Positions 8,717-17,420 are shown, numbered from the stretch's first letter. The stretch is 64,000 nucleotides of DNA from Escherichia coli (GCA_009729775.1 GCA_009729775.1_4081.1), one strand, 5' to 3'. Numbers and translations are program-made. Notes: generated by a model not told the origin, from the sequence alone.

Positions 8717-9118
8717 TTATAGTCCTAAGATAGTGCGTGCTTCGTTACGTTCCGTCCATAGCTGCATGATGTGAGCAAGTAAGTCCTTACTAATGTATCC
8801 GGTGTTCATAGCTTCACGGATAGATACATCATAAGCACCGAACCCCGTGCGAACGATACGCACATCATTTAGGTTAGTGTTATAGATACCGCCAAGATCA
8901 ACGGCTTCGAATACTGCATCAACTGAATACTCATTGTTACCATCGTTGAAGTTTTCTAGTGCAATAGTATTGGATACCGCCCAACGTTTGCAGTTTCCAA
9001 TGATGCGGCATTGTTCCGGTTGGAGAGTGCCATTACTTACAGCGTACTCCAGTGCATCTTTACCAAAAGTCCGAGCCAGTACTAAAACGTCAGCGAAGGA
9101 AGTGATTGAGAAGGTCAT
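8717..9118 (-). CDS. hypothetical early protein (133 aa)
   Basis: Start adjusted to MTFSITSF... with AAGGAG RBS; upstream part of the track ORF is the hairpin leader. Confidence 0.65.
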   Translation of the reverse strand: MTFSITSFADVLVLARTFGKDALEYAVSNGTLQPEQCRIIGNCKRWAVSNTIALENFNDGNNEYSVDAVFEAVDLGGIYNTNLNDVRIVRTGFGAYDVSIREAMNTGYISKDLLAHIMQLWTERNEARTILGL

Positions 9119-9172
9119 GATAAAACTCCTTAATTTAGGAGGGAGAACCATTTCCCCCTCTCTATGTAAAAC

Positions 9173-9200
9173 ATTATACTTGATTCTAAGTACTATGCAA
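9173..9200 (-). promoter_or_regulatory. sigma70-type early promoter (minus strand)
   Basis: Minus strand reads TTGCAT-N16-TATAAT, followed by leader hairpin and the gene at 9118. Confidence 0.55.
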
Positions 9201-9207
9201 GTACTTT

Positions 9208-9534
9208 TTACATTTTAATACCTGGATTCAGGTAGCGGTGAGATCCGTATTCTGGATCTGTTTCGGTCCAGTACTGTAAATCTATAGTACCCTTTGCGTT
9301 AATCTTGTCTACTAGCTTATTCATCTTAGTGTAGACTACTTCGCTAGGGATGTAGTGTAATCCTTTATTATAGAAGTAGTGGTTAGCTTCACTATCGTTT
9401 AAGATATAGCGTGCACCGTTTGCGGTTTGTGCAACAATGAAAGAGTATTCTACTTCCCGATCATTACCATCAACAGTAATGCGGTCGAAATTGGTACGGA
9501 TGAAAGCTTTAACGATAGCGATTGAAGTACTCAT
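9208..9534 (-). CDS. hypothetical early protein (108 aa)
   Basis: TAGGAGA RBS upstream of ATG. Confidence 0.65.
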   Translation of the reverse strand: MSTSIAIVKAFIRTNFDRITVDGNDREVEYSFIVAQTANGARYILNDSEANHYFYNKGLHYIPSEVVYTKMNKLVDKINAKGTIDLQYWTETDPEYGSHRYLNPGIKM

Positions 9535-9684
9535 GGTGAATCTCCTAACTTTGTGGGCCGTCGCACCATTGCCGCCCTACGAGATACATTATTGCAGTAC
9601 TGATATACTTTGTCAATACTTTTTTTGAAATAGTTTTGAGTACTGGAATTACATCCACCAGCAGATAGTTACTCACCGTTATGA

Positions 9685-9712
9685 ACTATCTTACAGATAC
9701 TTCTCTGCACCC
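9685..9712 (+). repeat. conserved 28-bp intergenic motif AGATAC...TGCACCCTGTGGGCTAG (copy 1)
   Basis: Read directly; same core in at least 8 intergenic sites. Confidence 0.7.
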
Positions 9713-9739
9713 TGTGGGCTAGTTTTTGTCTATGCGTAT

Positions 9740-9779
9740 ATAATAGCAAAGGGACTGACCGGAGTCAATCCCTTTTTTT
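9740..9779. terminator. stem-loop cassette GGGACTGACCGGAGTCAATCCC with flanking T-run; TTGACT box inside the stem
   Basis: Hairpin 9751-9772, T7 run on plus side; on minus strand TTGACT-N17-TATTAT promoter geometry. Confidence 0.55.
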
Positions 9780-9790
9780 ATTCTTTTTTG

Positions 9791-9991
9791 TTAGATGATT
9801 CTCCAATCTTCTACCAGGATTTTAATATACCGTACCAGTGATTCGAGTGATTCCACTTCCCGATAATCGGTAGCCGTTTGCACGGAACAAGTACAGCCGA
9901 TCAAGCCATTGCCAAGCTCTTTGATCTGTACATCGATGCAGTTGGCTTTTGCTTCATTCAGTACTGCAACCAATTCGTTAGCGATTGACAT
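9791..9991 (-). CDS. hypothetical early protein (66 aa)
   Basis: AGGAG RBS; ORF track. Confidence 0.6.
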   Translation of the reverse strand: MSIANELVAVLNEAKANCIDVQIKELGNGLIGCTCSVQTATDYREVESLESLVRYIKILVEDWRII

Positions 9992-10079
9992 AATGTTTTA
10001 CTCCTAAAGGTGCGGGAGAACTATTCCCCCGCTCTATGTAAAACATTATACATTATCTTGTAGTACTGTCAAATAGTTT

Positions 10080-10337
10080 TTATGAGATATCTTCGATATA
10101 GTCGGCCCATGTCATTTGTTCAGTACTATCGAGTGCACCAGGATTATTTGGATCAAACCATTCGCCATCCCCTAAGTACATTGCAGCGGATACCGCTTTA
10201 TAGCCATTATAGGCGTTATTCCACTGCATAGCACGATAGATATGGCCTTTAATTGGTGTTAGTACTGGTAACGTTTTATGGTCTTCTACGTAGGCTGTAG
10301 CGATTGGATTTACCCGATACGTTTTGAACTGTTCCAT
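10080..10337 (-). CDS. hypothetical early protein (85 aa)
   Basis: AAGGGGA RBS; ORF track. Confidence 0.6.
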   Translation of the reverse strand: MEQFKTYRVNPIATAYVEDHKTLPVLTPIKGHIYRAMQWNNAYNGYKAVSAAMYLGDGEWFDPNNPGALDSTEQMTWADYIEDIS

Positions 10338-10411
10338 GATGTTTCCCCTTTAGTTAGTAAAGTTAATACAACAGTACTATCACGCATTGTCAATAGTACT
10401 GAAATAAAACT

Positions 10412-10636
10412 TTAGATTAGATTATTGATGCCGTTGATGGTAGACTCGCTTTCTTCTTTCTCCCATTGGCGGTAATACTTCCATGCTTCATGATAGGTGG
10501 CGATCAGTTCATCTTTTTGATCCTGAGTACATGCCAGTACTGAATCACTGTAAGCGGTGTTATAGATAGAATCAAATGATTTCTTCTCTTCTGCCAGGGT
10601 AGCTACTTCCCGCATCAGTTCATCAAAGTTAGCCAT
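10412..10636 (-). CDS. hypothetical early protein (74 aa)
   Basis: Start adjusted to MANFDELM...; track ORF N-terminus is leader. Confidence 0.6.
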   Translation of the reverse strand: MANFDELMREVATLAEEKKSFDSIYNTAYSDSVLACTQDQKDELIATYHEAWKYYRQWEKEESESTINGINNLI

Positions 10637-10719
10637 TTTAGTACTCCTTATTAGTGGGGGAGGATATCTCCCCCTATGCAAAACATTATACTTTGTTTTA
10701 CTTACAATGCAAGTACTTT

Positions 10720-10911
10720 TTAAATTTTATTTCCGATATAGTCCGGCCTGTTCTTTTCGGTCATACGCTTAAGCATTTTTTGCATATGGCTTATTGCTTG
10801 TAGTGTATCCTCTTCCAGCGATGAATCAAGATAATCAGGATCATTCTTCACCTTACAATGATTATGATAGCGTAGTACTGCCAGTACTTTTTTAACTTCT
10901 TCAACTGTCAT
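10720..10911 (-). CDS. hypothetical early protein (63 aa)
   Basis: ATGA start-stop overlap with upstream gene (translational coupling). Confidence 0.55.
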   Translation of the reverse strand: MTVEEVKKVLAVLRYHNHCKVKNDPDYLDSSLEEDTLQAISHMQKMLKRMTEKNRPDYIGNKI

Positions 10912-11180
10912 AATAAGTATTCCACTTCGTTTGCTTTCAGGTTAGTATCAATCATCAGTGGCTTTTTGTAGTCCACAAAACGATTAGTTTTTTCGATAGC
11001 GAAGCCCATATAATCCAGCTTGCTTACCGTGCATTCATTCTTAAAAACTTCTTTCGCTGCATTGATGGCTGATTGCAATGTTAACCGACCATCTAAGTTA
11101 ATGTTTCCAAATGATCCACCAGCAGAAGTAGGATTACCGTTCATATCTTTAATGATCATAGTTGCGGAGTAGCTAGACAT
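10908..11180 (-). CDS. hypothetical early protein (90 aa)
   Basis: AAAGGA RBS; ORF track. Confidence 0.6.
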   Translation of the reverse strand: MSSYSATMIIKDMNGNPTSAGGSFGNINLDGRLTLQSAINAAKEVFKNECTVSKLDYMGFAIEKTNRFVDYKKPLMIDTNLKANEVEYLL

Positions 11181-11233
11181 AATTTTGTTTCCTTTTAGTA
11201 TCGGGGAGAACTATTCTCCCCTTGATGTAAACT

Positions 11234-11261
11234 ATTATACAGTACTGATATACTTTGTCAA
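11234..11261 (-). promoter_or_regulatory. sigma70-type early promoter (minus strand)
   Basis: Minus strand reads TTGACA-N16-TATAAT with CAGTACTG abutting the -10. Confidence 0.6.
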
Positions 11262-11264
11262 TAC

Positions 11265-11486
11265 TTAATTACGTTTAAAATGATATGTACCTTTATCATC
11301 CTGTACGCCCCATACTGATTTACCATCAACGCCAGTGAAGCCGGATTGCAATTCAATATGGAAACCATTATTATCAACTACAAAAACTTTTTTATTTTCA
11401 TCCCGATAACATTGATATTCTGAATCAACATTAAAGGCCGCATCATTCAGAAGATTGGAAGCGTAAATGCAAGTCATTGTAGTCAT
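11265..11486 (-). CDS. hypothetical early protein (73 aa)
   Basis: Start adjusted to MTTMTCIY... Confidence 0.6.
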   Translation of the reverse strand: MTTMTCIYASNLLNDAAFNVDSEYQCYRDENKKVFVVDNNGFHIELQSGFTGVDGKSVWGVQDDKGTYHFKRN

Positions 11487-11612
11487 GATTTTATTCCTTA
11501 TTCTTTGAGGGAGAACCATTTCCCCCTCTCGATATAAAACATTATACTTGATTCTAAGTACAATGCAAGTACTTTTTTAAAAATAGTTTTCAGTACTGAA
11601 TACTTATATAAT

Positions 11613-11640
11613 AGATACACTTCCGCACCCTATGGGTCAG
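11613..11640 (+). repeat. conserved 28-bp intergenic motif (copy 2)
   Basis: AGATACACTTCCGCACCCTATGGGTCAG. Confidence 0.7.
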
Positions 11641-11673
11641 TGAGTTATCTCTCAATGAATATATAATAGCAAA

Positions 11674-11701
11674 GGGACTGACTGGAGTCAATCCCTTTTT
11701 T
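11674..11701. terminator. stem-loop cassette GGGACTGACTGGAGTCAATCCC plus T-run
   Basis: Same cassette as 9740-9779. Confidence 0.55.
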
Positions 11702-11709
11702 AATCTTTT

Positions 11710-12294
11710 TTATCGTGTTATAGTTATCGCGTTAACATCACGTTTTTTATAGTACTGATTCCAGATATTGCGGGTTAAACCGTAATCAAGTACTTTAATC
11801 AAGCCGTTGCGATCCTGGCCGATATTCTGTTTTCTGATATCTCTTATCGTTAGTGTGGATAATGTATCATCAACGTGATTGAGAGCATCAGCGAAATGGT
11901 GATGGCGTTCAATAGTGTTACGTTTAATATTGTACTTTAACTCATTACATGCGGTTACGTGCTTTACACTGCCTTTGCTTGCAGTACTCAAACGATCCAT
12001 AACAATAAACAGATTATCAGGATCGCATAAATGCATATGCACCTTGGCAAAGAACTGTTTAAGGTGCGGACGGTCATAATCTAAAAAATTCCATACCTTA
12101 CATTCAGTTTCATTTTGTTCTACACCCGCATCACAATTCGCGACCTTAATCACTAACCGATCATTTAAAGCGAATACAATACGGGAAGAACCCGCACCGA
12201 CGATCTCCAGTCCAGCTAACCGACAAGCTGAAAGGATCTCTTTGTTGGTTTCCATTGCATGAAGTGAACGGATGAATTTAGTATAGTTACGCAT
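11710..12294 (-). CDS. putative protein-kinase-like protein (about 194 aa)
   Basis: Start adjusted to MRNYTKF... with AAGGAG RBS; GAGSSRIVF glycine-loop-like, VIKV lysine, DIRKQNIG catalytic-loop-like and LDYG (DFG-like) motifs. Confidence 0.4.
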   Translation of the reverse strand: MRNYTKFIRSLHAMETNKEILSACRLAGLEIVGAGSSRIVFALNDRLVIKVANCDAGVEQNETECKVWNFLDYDRPHLKQFFAKVHMHLCDPDNLFIVMDRLSTASKGSVKHVTACNELKYNIKRNTIERHHHFADALNHVDDTLSTLTIRDIRKQNIGQDRNGLIKVLDYGLTRNIWNQYYKKRDVNAITITR

Positions 12295-12325
12295 TGTGTT
12301 GACTCCTTGAGTTAATGAAACTATA

Positions 12326-12568
12326 TTACAGTACTTTACTATCAATGGCAACTACTTTTTTTACTTGAACTGCGTGGAATACTTCACGCGTATTTTTAGT
12401 ACTGAATACTTTTGCCGTACCTTGTTCGACCGCAATACGATAGCGACCGTTAACGTCCACCATGTTGATAAAGTCCGGTGTACTGAATGGAGTTACCCGG
12501 CATTTAAGAACGGTTAACAGTTCCACCAGCGTGGTAGTCTCTTTGATACGTTTTTCTAAAGTAATCAT
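12326..12568 (-). CDS. hypothetical early protein (80 aa)
   Basis: Start adjusted to MITLEKR...; TTGACA-N17-TACTAT promoter just upstream. Confidence 0.55.
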   Translation of the reverse strand: MITLEKRIKETTTLVELLTVLKCRVTPFSTPDFINMVDVNGRYRIAVEQGTAKVFSTKNTREVFHAVQVKKVVAIDSKVL

Positions 12569-12625
12569 TTTGTTTTCCCCGTGTTGGTATGCATTCATAG
12601 TACTAAAACATTTGAGTACTGTCAA

Positions 12626-12844
12626 TTAGATAATAGAATATTTCTTTAGTGATAATGCGTCTTCTGTCGGTTGATATTCTACACCGTTCCCGTTATCAAC
12701 CTTAGTGAGTAAACCTTTATCAATGAGTTTTTTGATGGTACGGTTTCCCTGTTGAAAACTAGTGAAGTGTGAATCATTACGAAAGGTATAACCGTGCTTC
12801 ACTGCTTCATCAATAGTTTTCTTTTCGATTTTAGATAATTTCAT
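12626..12844 (-). CDS. hypothetical early protein (72 aa)
   Basis: ORF track; purine-rich RBS. Confidence 0.55.
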   Translation of the reverse strand: MKLSKIEKKTIDEAVKHGYTFRNDSHFTSFQQGNRTIKKLIDKGLLTKVDNGNGVEYQPTEDALSLKKYSII

Positions 12845-12902
12845 TTTGTTTCTCTCTCTCTGTGTTGGTATAGATACATAATACTAAAACATTTGAGTAC
12901 TG

Positions 12903-13157
12903 TCAACGTGATATTAGTTTTATTTTTTTATTGTATTGTTGGTGTTCATATAGATTAATTTTTCCAGTACTCTCGATCACTATTCTATTGTTAGTGTCTA
13001 CATCGATAACACGTAGTTTCCCGTTGCTTAACTTCCTAGGCAATAGACTACCATTAATAAACTCATTAGCAAGCTGTACGGCCTTTGTGATGATTCTCTG
13101 TGGTGCTTTATAGTGTACCCGCAAGATATTATCTTTAGATAGTTGTACCTTCATCAT
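12903..13157 (-). CDS. hypothetical early protein (84 aa)
   Basis: AGGATA RBS. Confidence 0.55.
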   Translation of the reverse strand: MMKVQLSKDNILRVHYKAPQRIITKAVQLANEFINGSLLPRKLSNGKLRVIDVDTNNRIVIESTGKINLYEHQQYNKKIKLISR

Positions 13158-13172
13158 TTTAGTTTATCCTAT

Positions 13173-13197
13173 AAAAAAGGCGGGAACTGAACCCGCC
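13173..13197 (-). terminator. rho-independent terminator
   Basis: GGCGGGTTCAGTTCCCGCC hairpin followed by U-run on the minus strand, just after the stop of 13221-13616. Confidence 0.7.
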
Positions 13198-13220
13198 GTG
13201 TTGTTAGTACTGCAAAGTTA

Positions 13221-13616
13221 TTAGATAACCTGGCGGCGTTTACTGTATACTGTTACACGGTTTCCTTTACGGTCATGACGGATCTCTTTCTGGTTACGAA
13301 TCAGTTCACTTGGACGCTTAAGGTTTGCCAGGTGATCCGCGTGAGTCCATGCATTACTATTCACTTGTACTTGAATATCAGAACCTTCCAAGAAGTCATC
13401 TTGAGCGTTCAGTACTTCAGCCAGTTCTTGAGCTTTCTTCAGTTCTGCTTCAGTAAGTACTGGTTCAGGTGAATTCACAATATCAGAGATCTCTTTGAAC
13501 TGTACCGCCCAGCGTTGTCCTTTCGGTGCATCTTTGCCCATGTCTTTAAATGTTTCACCTTCTTCACGGGCAACGATGCGAGCTTGTTCACGGGTAGCGA
13601 AGAATTTAGTAATCAT
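13221..13616 (-). CDS. hypothetical protein (131 aa), paralog of 25412-25678
   Basis: Shared FATRE-AR-G-TFKDMG and IKHDRKGNRVTVYS blocks. Confidence 0.65.
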   Translation of the reverse strand: MITKFFATREQARIVAREEGETFKDMGKDAPKGQRWAVQFKEISDIVNSPEPVLTEAELKKAQELAEVLNAQDDFLEGSDIQVQVNSNAWTHADHLANLKRPSELIRNQKEIRHDRKGNRVTVYSKRRQVI

Positions 13617-13715
13617 GGTGTACATCCTATTAGTTAAGTTAATTAGTACTACAAGTTAGAGTCTATTATAAAGTACTATCTGGGTAATGTCAAATAGTAC
13701 TTTAAATGGATTCTA

Positions 13716-14039
13716 TTACATGTCTTTCTTACGTTTTACATCGTAGTAACGAACTGTAATTTCTTTGTTGATCTCTTCCTCAATTCTGTGTAGTACTTTC
13801 TCTTTCGGGTTGAAACCTATTACAGTTTCTTTAATGATCTCCAAGCCCGTGTATTCGCCTTGTGTACCGTAACCGTAAGTAAAGGTTTCATGTCCCAGGT
13901 CTTCCCAGCGGTCACCAATCAATGCAGACACGTAGCATGAGTGGTAAGTATTGCCGTGGCTATCAGTCCACCGATTAACTTTAATGTCAAAGGAAGTTAC
14001 AATTTTCATTTCTACTTTCTGGGTAAGGATCATAGCCAT
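13716..14039 (-). CDS. hypothetical protein (107 aa), paralog of 20340-20684
   Basis: Shared GNTY, YGYG and C-terminal VKRKKD motifs. Confidence 0.65.
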   Translation of the reverse strand: MAMILTQKVEMKIVTSFDIKVNRWTDSHGNTYHSCYVSALIGDRWEDLGHETFTYGYGTQGEYTGLEIIKETVIGFNPKEKVLHRIEEEINKEITVRYYDVKRKKDM

Positions 14040-14095
14040 TTTAATTTCTCTCTTTTAGTTAGGAGGGGAACCATTCCCCTGCCTTGATGTAAACT

Positions 14096-14123
14096 ATTAT
14101 ACAGTACTAAGATACTTTGTCAA
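14096..14123 (-). promoter_or_regulatory. sigma70-type early promoter (minus strand)
   Basis: TTGACA-N16-TATAAT on minus strand. Confidence 0.6.
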
Positions 14124-14126
14124 TAC

Positions 14127-14261
14127 TTATTTGTTTTCTTTTCGTAATTTCTTTTCAGCTTCAACTACATTCTTATTTGTGCAAACTACTTCATCGGATA
14201 AATCTAACTTCCATCCAGACAGGGGTTTGGTTTGTTTCTTTGCTGCTTTGTTCGCTTTCAT
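14127..14261 (-). CDS. small Lys-rich protein (44 aa), not in ORF track
   Basis: Hand translation MKANKAAKKQTKPLSGWKLDLSDEVVCTNKNVVEAEKKLRKENK; AAAGGA RBS; own promoter at 14292-14319. Confidence 0.5.
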   Translation of the reverse strand: MKANKAAKKQTKPLSGWKLDLSDEVVCTNKNVVEAEKKLRKENK

Positions 14262-14291
14262 GATGTTTCCTTTTTAATTAAGATGTAAACT

Positions 14292-14319
14292 ATTATACAG
14301 TACTAAGATACTTTGTCAA
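14292..14319 (-). promoter_or_regulatory. sigma70-type early promoter (minus strand)
   Basis: TTGACA-N16-TATAAT, identical cassette to 14096-14123. Confidence 0.6.
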
Positions 14320-14328
14320 TCTATTTTA

Positions 14329-14529
14329 TTAGATAGTTTCCCATTTCATGTTACCCGCTTTACGCTGTGAAACAGGAATAAACATGTTATTAATGTTACT
14401 AATATAACCGACCTGTAAGTCACGCTGTGAACCATATGCCCGACTTGCTGCATTTTTAGCACCGCGTTCTGATTTATAAACGCCGCTGGATACTGTAAAG
14501 CCTACTACACCGAAAGTAAAATGTTTCAT
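14329..14529 (-). CDS. hypothetical early protein (66 aa)
   Basis: AGAGGA RBS; ORF track. Confidence 0.6.
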   Translation of the reverse strand: MKHFTFGVVGFTVSSGVYKSERGAKNAASRAYGSQRDLQVGYISNINNMFIPVSQRKAGNMKWETI

Positions 14530-14595
14530 TTTGTATTCCTCTTTGTGGTTGATGTAAGTATTATACTCGTTTACTTTCTATTGTCAATCTTTTTT

Positions 14596-14668
14596 ATCAG
14601 GGGAGTTTTTCGTATGTCTTACTCCTGGACTACTTAACGGGGTTACTTGTTTCGTTCCCCGTCCTGAT
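14596..14668 (-). promoter_or_regulatory. two-hairpin leader element between tandem promoters (copy 1)
   Basis: CAGGGGAG...CTCCTGG and AACGGGG...CCCCGTC stems; near-identical copy at 25181-25256. Confidence 0.5.
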
Positions 14669-14723
14669 GTAAAACATTATACTTGATTCTAAGTACAATG
14701 CAAGTACTTTTTAAAAATAGTTT

Positions 14724-14888
14724 TCACTTACTCATATTAACAGGCTTAAACGGTGGCAATGTAAGATCATGCGGGGTTAAACTGTCATGCTTTGCCCACA
14801 TACCAGAATCCCTACGGAATAATACCTTATTGTTTTTTATACGATAAAAGTTACCATTATCAGTGTTTTTATACCATACCATTTTCAT
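14724..14888 (-). CDS. small protein (54 aa), not in ORF track
   Basis: Hand translation MKMVWYKNTDNGNFYRIKNNKVLFRRDSGMWAKHDSLTPHDLTLPPFKPVNMSK; AGGAG RBS. Confidence 0.45.
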   Translation of the reverse strand: MKMVWYKNTDNGNFYRIKNNKVLFRRDSGMWAKHDSLTPHDLTLPPFKPVNMSK

Positions 14889-14976
14889 TTACTCCTGGTT
14901 ATGTCGTTATTAAACATTATACGGGGTTATAGATAGTTTGCAATTAGTTTTTCAGTACTAGCCACCAGCATATAAT

Positions 14977-15004
14977 AGATACATTTATGCACCCTGTGGG
15001 CTGA
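14977..15004 (+). repeat. conserved 28-bp intergenic motif (copy 3)
   Basis: AGATACATTTATGCACCCTGTGGGCTGA. Confidence 0.7.
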
Positions 15005-15032
15005 TTTGTTTCTATGCGTATATAATAGCAAA

Positions 15033-15061
15033 GGGACTGACCGGAGTCAATCCCTTTTTTA
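15033..15061. terminator. stem-loop cassette GGGACTGACCGGAGTCAATCCC plus T-run
   Basis: Same cassette as 9740-9779. Confidence 0.55.
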
Positions 15062-15068
15062 ATTCTTT

Positions 15069-15218
15069 TTAAACTTGTTTTGGGTTGCGATATGTGATAG
15101 CGTTCGGGTACATTTGTTTAATGTTATTCCATGCCTGGTTAACATTGTAACCACTTGAGCGAATCAGTTGGTTACTACCGACACCTTGAAACACTACTTC
15201 GAATAAGAATTCTTTCAT
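15069..15218 (-). CDS. small protein (49 aa), not in ORF track
   Basis: Hand translation MKEFLFEVVFQGVGSNQLIR...; GAGGTGA RBS; ATGA overlap with upstream ORF. Confidence 0.45.
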   Translation of the reverse strand: MKEFLFEVVFQGVGSNQLIRSSGYNVNQAWNNIKQMYPNAITYRNPKQV

Positions 15219-15388
15219 GCTTTCACCTCGCGATCTGCTTTACCTTTACGCCACGCTGTTGCTAATTGTTCGCGTTGCCATAAGTCGAGTGATACGTAAA
15301 GTTTTGCATTATCACCCTTCGGATACTCGCCAGTAGTACCAATCCGATAAAACAGATCTTTCAGTACTGATAATTCCACCTGGATCAT
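15215..15388 (-). CDS. small protein (57 aa), not in ORF track
   Basis: Hand translation MIQVELSVLKDLFYRIGTTGEYPKG...; AGGAG RBS; coupled to flanking ORFs by ATGA overlaps. Confidence 0.45.
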   Translation of the reverse strand: MIQVELSVLKDLFYRIGTTGEYPKGDNAKLYVSLDLWQREQLATAWRKGKADREVKA

Positions 15389-15477
15389 TGTATTACTCCT
15401 GATTGTGTTAGTACTTCTACGATGGCATGAATGATCATAAGTACAGCTAACACAACAATCATCGGATTCATTTGCAT
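15385..15477 (-). CDS. small hydrophobic peptide (30 aa), not in ORF track
   Basis: MQMNPMIVVLAVLMIIHAIVEVLTQSGVIQ; AAGGAG RBS 7 nt upstream. Confidence 0.35.
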   Translation of the reverse strand: MQMNPMIVVLAVLMIIHAIVEVLTQSGVIQ

Positions 15478-15496
15478 AAGCTGTACTCCTTATATA

Positions 15497-15709
15497 TTAA
15501 TCTTTCAGCCAATGATCTTGAATGAATTTTTCACAGAATCCCTGTTTCATAGATTCTAACAGGCGTTCACGGTGAGCGGCGGCATATTGCTCAGTACTAT
15601 GCGTTACGCCAGGTTGATAACGTGAAACACCGTCTGGTCCGATATATTGAACATCCCACGGTTTTTCGTTAGTATCAGACCATTTACGAACGATTAGTTG
15701 ACCTTGCAT
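15497..15709 (-). CDS. hypothetical early protein (70 aa)
   Basis: AGAGGA RBS; ORF track. Confidence 0.6.
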   Translation of the reverse strand: MQGQLIVRKWSDTNEKPWDVQYIGPDGVSRYQPGVTHSTEQYAAAHRERLLESMKQGFCEKFIQDHWLKD

Positions 15710-15792
15710 GTTTCTTTCCTCTTAGTGGGGAGAATCATTTCTCCCCTTCATGTAACTTATTATACAGTACTAGATTACATTGTCAATAGTTT

Positions 15793-16116
15793 TTATTCAC
15801 CTTGTTTGAATATAGTTTTCTCCATTGATTCCATGATTGCAACCAATACAGCATGGATCTCACTTAACGCGGCATCACTAAAAGCATTAATGAATAGGCA
15901 ATCATTCTCGCGAATATTTTTAATGTACTTATCAGCAGTGGTTGCGAATTCATTCAACGGCAGATCAAATGCTTTATCCCATAATGGATGGCGTAACTGT
16001 AACAGTACTGGATTATCACGGTCACCAGGTGAGAAAGTGCCTGTAATGAAACATACACCAGGGATACTTTCGAATTGACAACGAACTTCTTTTGTGATAG
16101 TAGTATGAATATACAT
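15793..16116 (-). CDS. hypothetical early protein (107 aa)
   Basis: AGAGGA RBS; ORF track. Confidence 0.6.
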   Translation of the reverse strand: MYIHTTITKEVRCQFESIPGVCFITGTFSPGDRDNPVLLQLRHPLWDKAFDLPLNEFATTADKYIKNIRENDCLFINAFSDAALSEIHAVLVAIMESMEKTIFKQGE

Positions 16117-16143
16117 TTATTTTTATCCTCTATTAAATTAATA

Positions 16144-16332
16144 TTACAGTTTATGAATCAATTCTTTATCCAAGCGATAGCGAACATTATTGATTGTAAC
16201 TGCATTGTTTTTAATGCTACGCTGTACAGGTCCACCAGCAATAACAAACGTTGCCTTATTGCCCCGAACGATGATAGCACTTCCAGGATTACCGAAATCA
16301 TCTTGTACTAAAATGCTTGATAAGTTTTGCAT
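16144..16332 (-). CDS. hypothetical early protein (62 aa)
   Basis: AAGGAAAG RBS; ORF track. Confidence 0.55.
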   Translation of the reverse strand: MQNLSSILVQDDFGNPGSAIIVRGNKATFVIAGGPVQRSIKNNAVTINNVRYRLDKELIHKL

Positions 16333-16411
16333 TTGTCTTTCCTTGTAGTGGGGAGAACTATTCTCCCCTTCATGTAAACAATTATACAGTACTGAAAACT
16401 AATTGCAAGTA

Positions 16412-16768
16412 CTATGATAAAATCATTATAGGATATTCACTATCAATCAGTACTTCAAAACCAAAACTTTCATACCATTCTTTAAGATTAAATGAGTTAT
16501 CTTCTCCCGTATCGCATTCTAAGATGATACAATCTGAATCATCGGCCGCATCAATAAAGGCATTCATTAATTCAGTACCTTCACCGTTACCGCGATTATC
16601 GGGATCAACATAAAGAGAATCAATAAACGCTACACGATCATAATCAAGATCTGGTGCAACAATGCCACGTTTAACAAACCAGTACTGCAATTGTGCTACT
16701 TTGCCTTGTACTTGATAGCCAGTGATCTCACCATTGTCTGTAGTACGCGTGATATGTTGTATACCCAT
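16412..16768 (-). CDS. GNAT-family N-acetyltransferase-like protein (118 aa)
   Basis: RGNGEGTELMNAF matches the acetyl-CoA-binding motif A pattern R-x-x-G-x-G of GNAT enzymes. Confidence 0.5.
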   Translation of the reverse strand: MGIQHITRTTDNGEITGYQVQGKVAQLQYWFVKRGIVAPDLDYDRVAFIDSLYVDPDNRGNGEGTELMNAFIDAADDSDCIILECDTGEDNSFNLKEWYESFGFEVLIDSEYPIMILS

Positions 16769-16831
16769 GATTTCAATCCTCAGTTAAGATATAAAATATT
16801 ATACACTAACTAACAGTACTGTCAATACTTT

Positions 16832-17089
16832 TTATCTCATAGATCTATGCCAACAATTACGCGGTTGACGTTTAAAAATACTATCATGATCCTCCTGGCA
16901 AGTTATGCAGTACTTACATCCCTTAACGGCCTGGCGACGTTTCTCAGGGATTATATCACCGCAGTCGAGGCAATGTATCAGTGATTCTATTTGTGCGTTA
17001 ATTTGCGTTCTAGCGTGGTTAACAGCGGCCTGAATCACTGCGTTAATCTCGTCTTGCTCGGCCCCATCTTTCGTGAATCCTACAGCCAT
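16832..17089 (-). CDS. TraR/DksA-type C4 zinc-finger protein (85 aa)
   Basis: C-x2-C ... C-x2-C (CLDCGDIIPEKRRQAVKGCKYCITCQ) with RR, characteristic of the TraR/DksA zinc finger. Confidence 0.55.
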   Translation of the reverse strand: MAVGFTKDGAEQDEINAVIQAAVNHARTQINAQIESLIHCLDCGDIIPEKRRQAVKGCKYCITCQEDHDSIFKRQPRNCWHRSMR

Positions 17090-17334
17090 TATTTTAACCT
17101 CATTATAAAAATACTATAGTACTGTAATGCGACAATAATATTACTTGTTCTTACTTTTTCCAATCCACATGATACAACATATTCATCCCCATATGTTCGA
17201 AACGAAACACCATGAAAATTTTTATACACTTGCACTTCTAATCATAACCTTTTGTCTAACCAACTGCGTAGAATTATACTACTTTACGCAAATTGATCAA
17301 GTATTGATCAGATCATTTTTTGATCAATATTATA

Positions 17335-17363
17335 CAGTTACATTTGTGCACCCTATGGGTTAG
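17335..17363 (+). repeat. conserved 28-bp intergenic motif (copy 4, variant)
   Basis: CAGTTACATTTGTGCACCCTATGGGTTAG. Confidence 0.6.
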
Positions 17364-17420
17364 TGCCTTGTGTCCGGCTTATGTACTTATTATACAGTAC
17401 TTGATGATATTGTCAATAGT

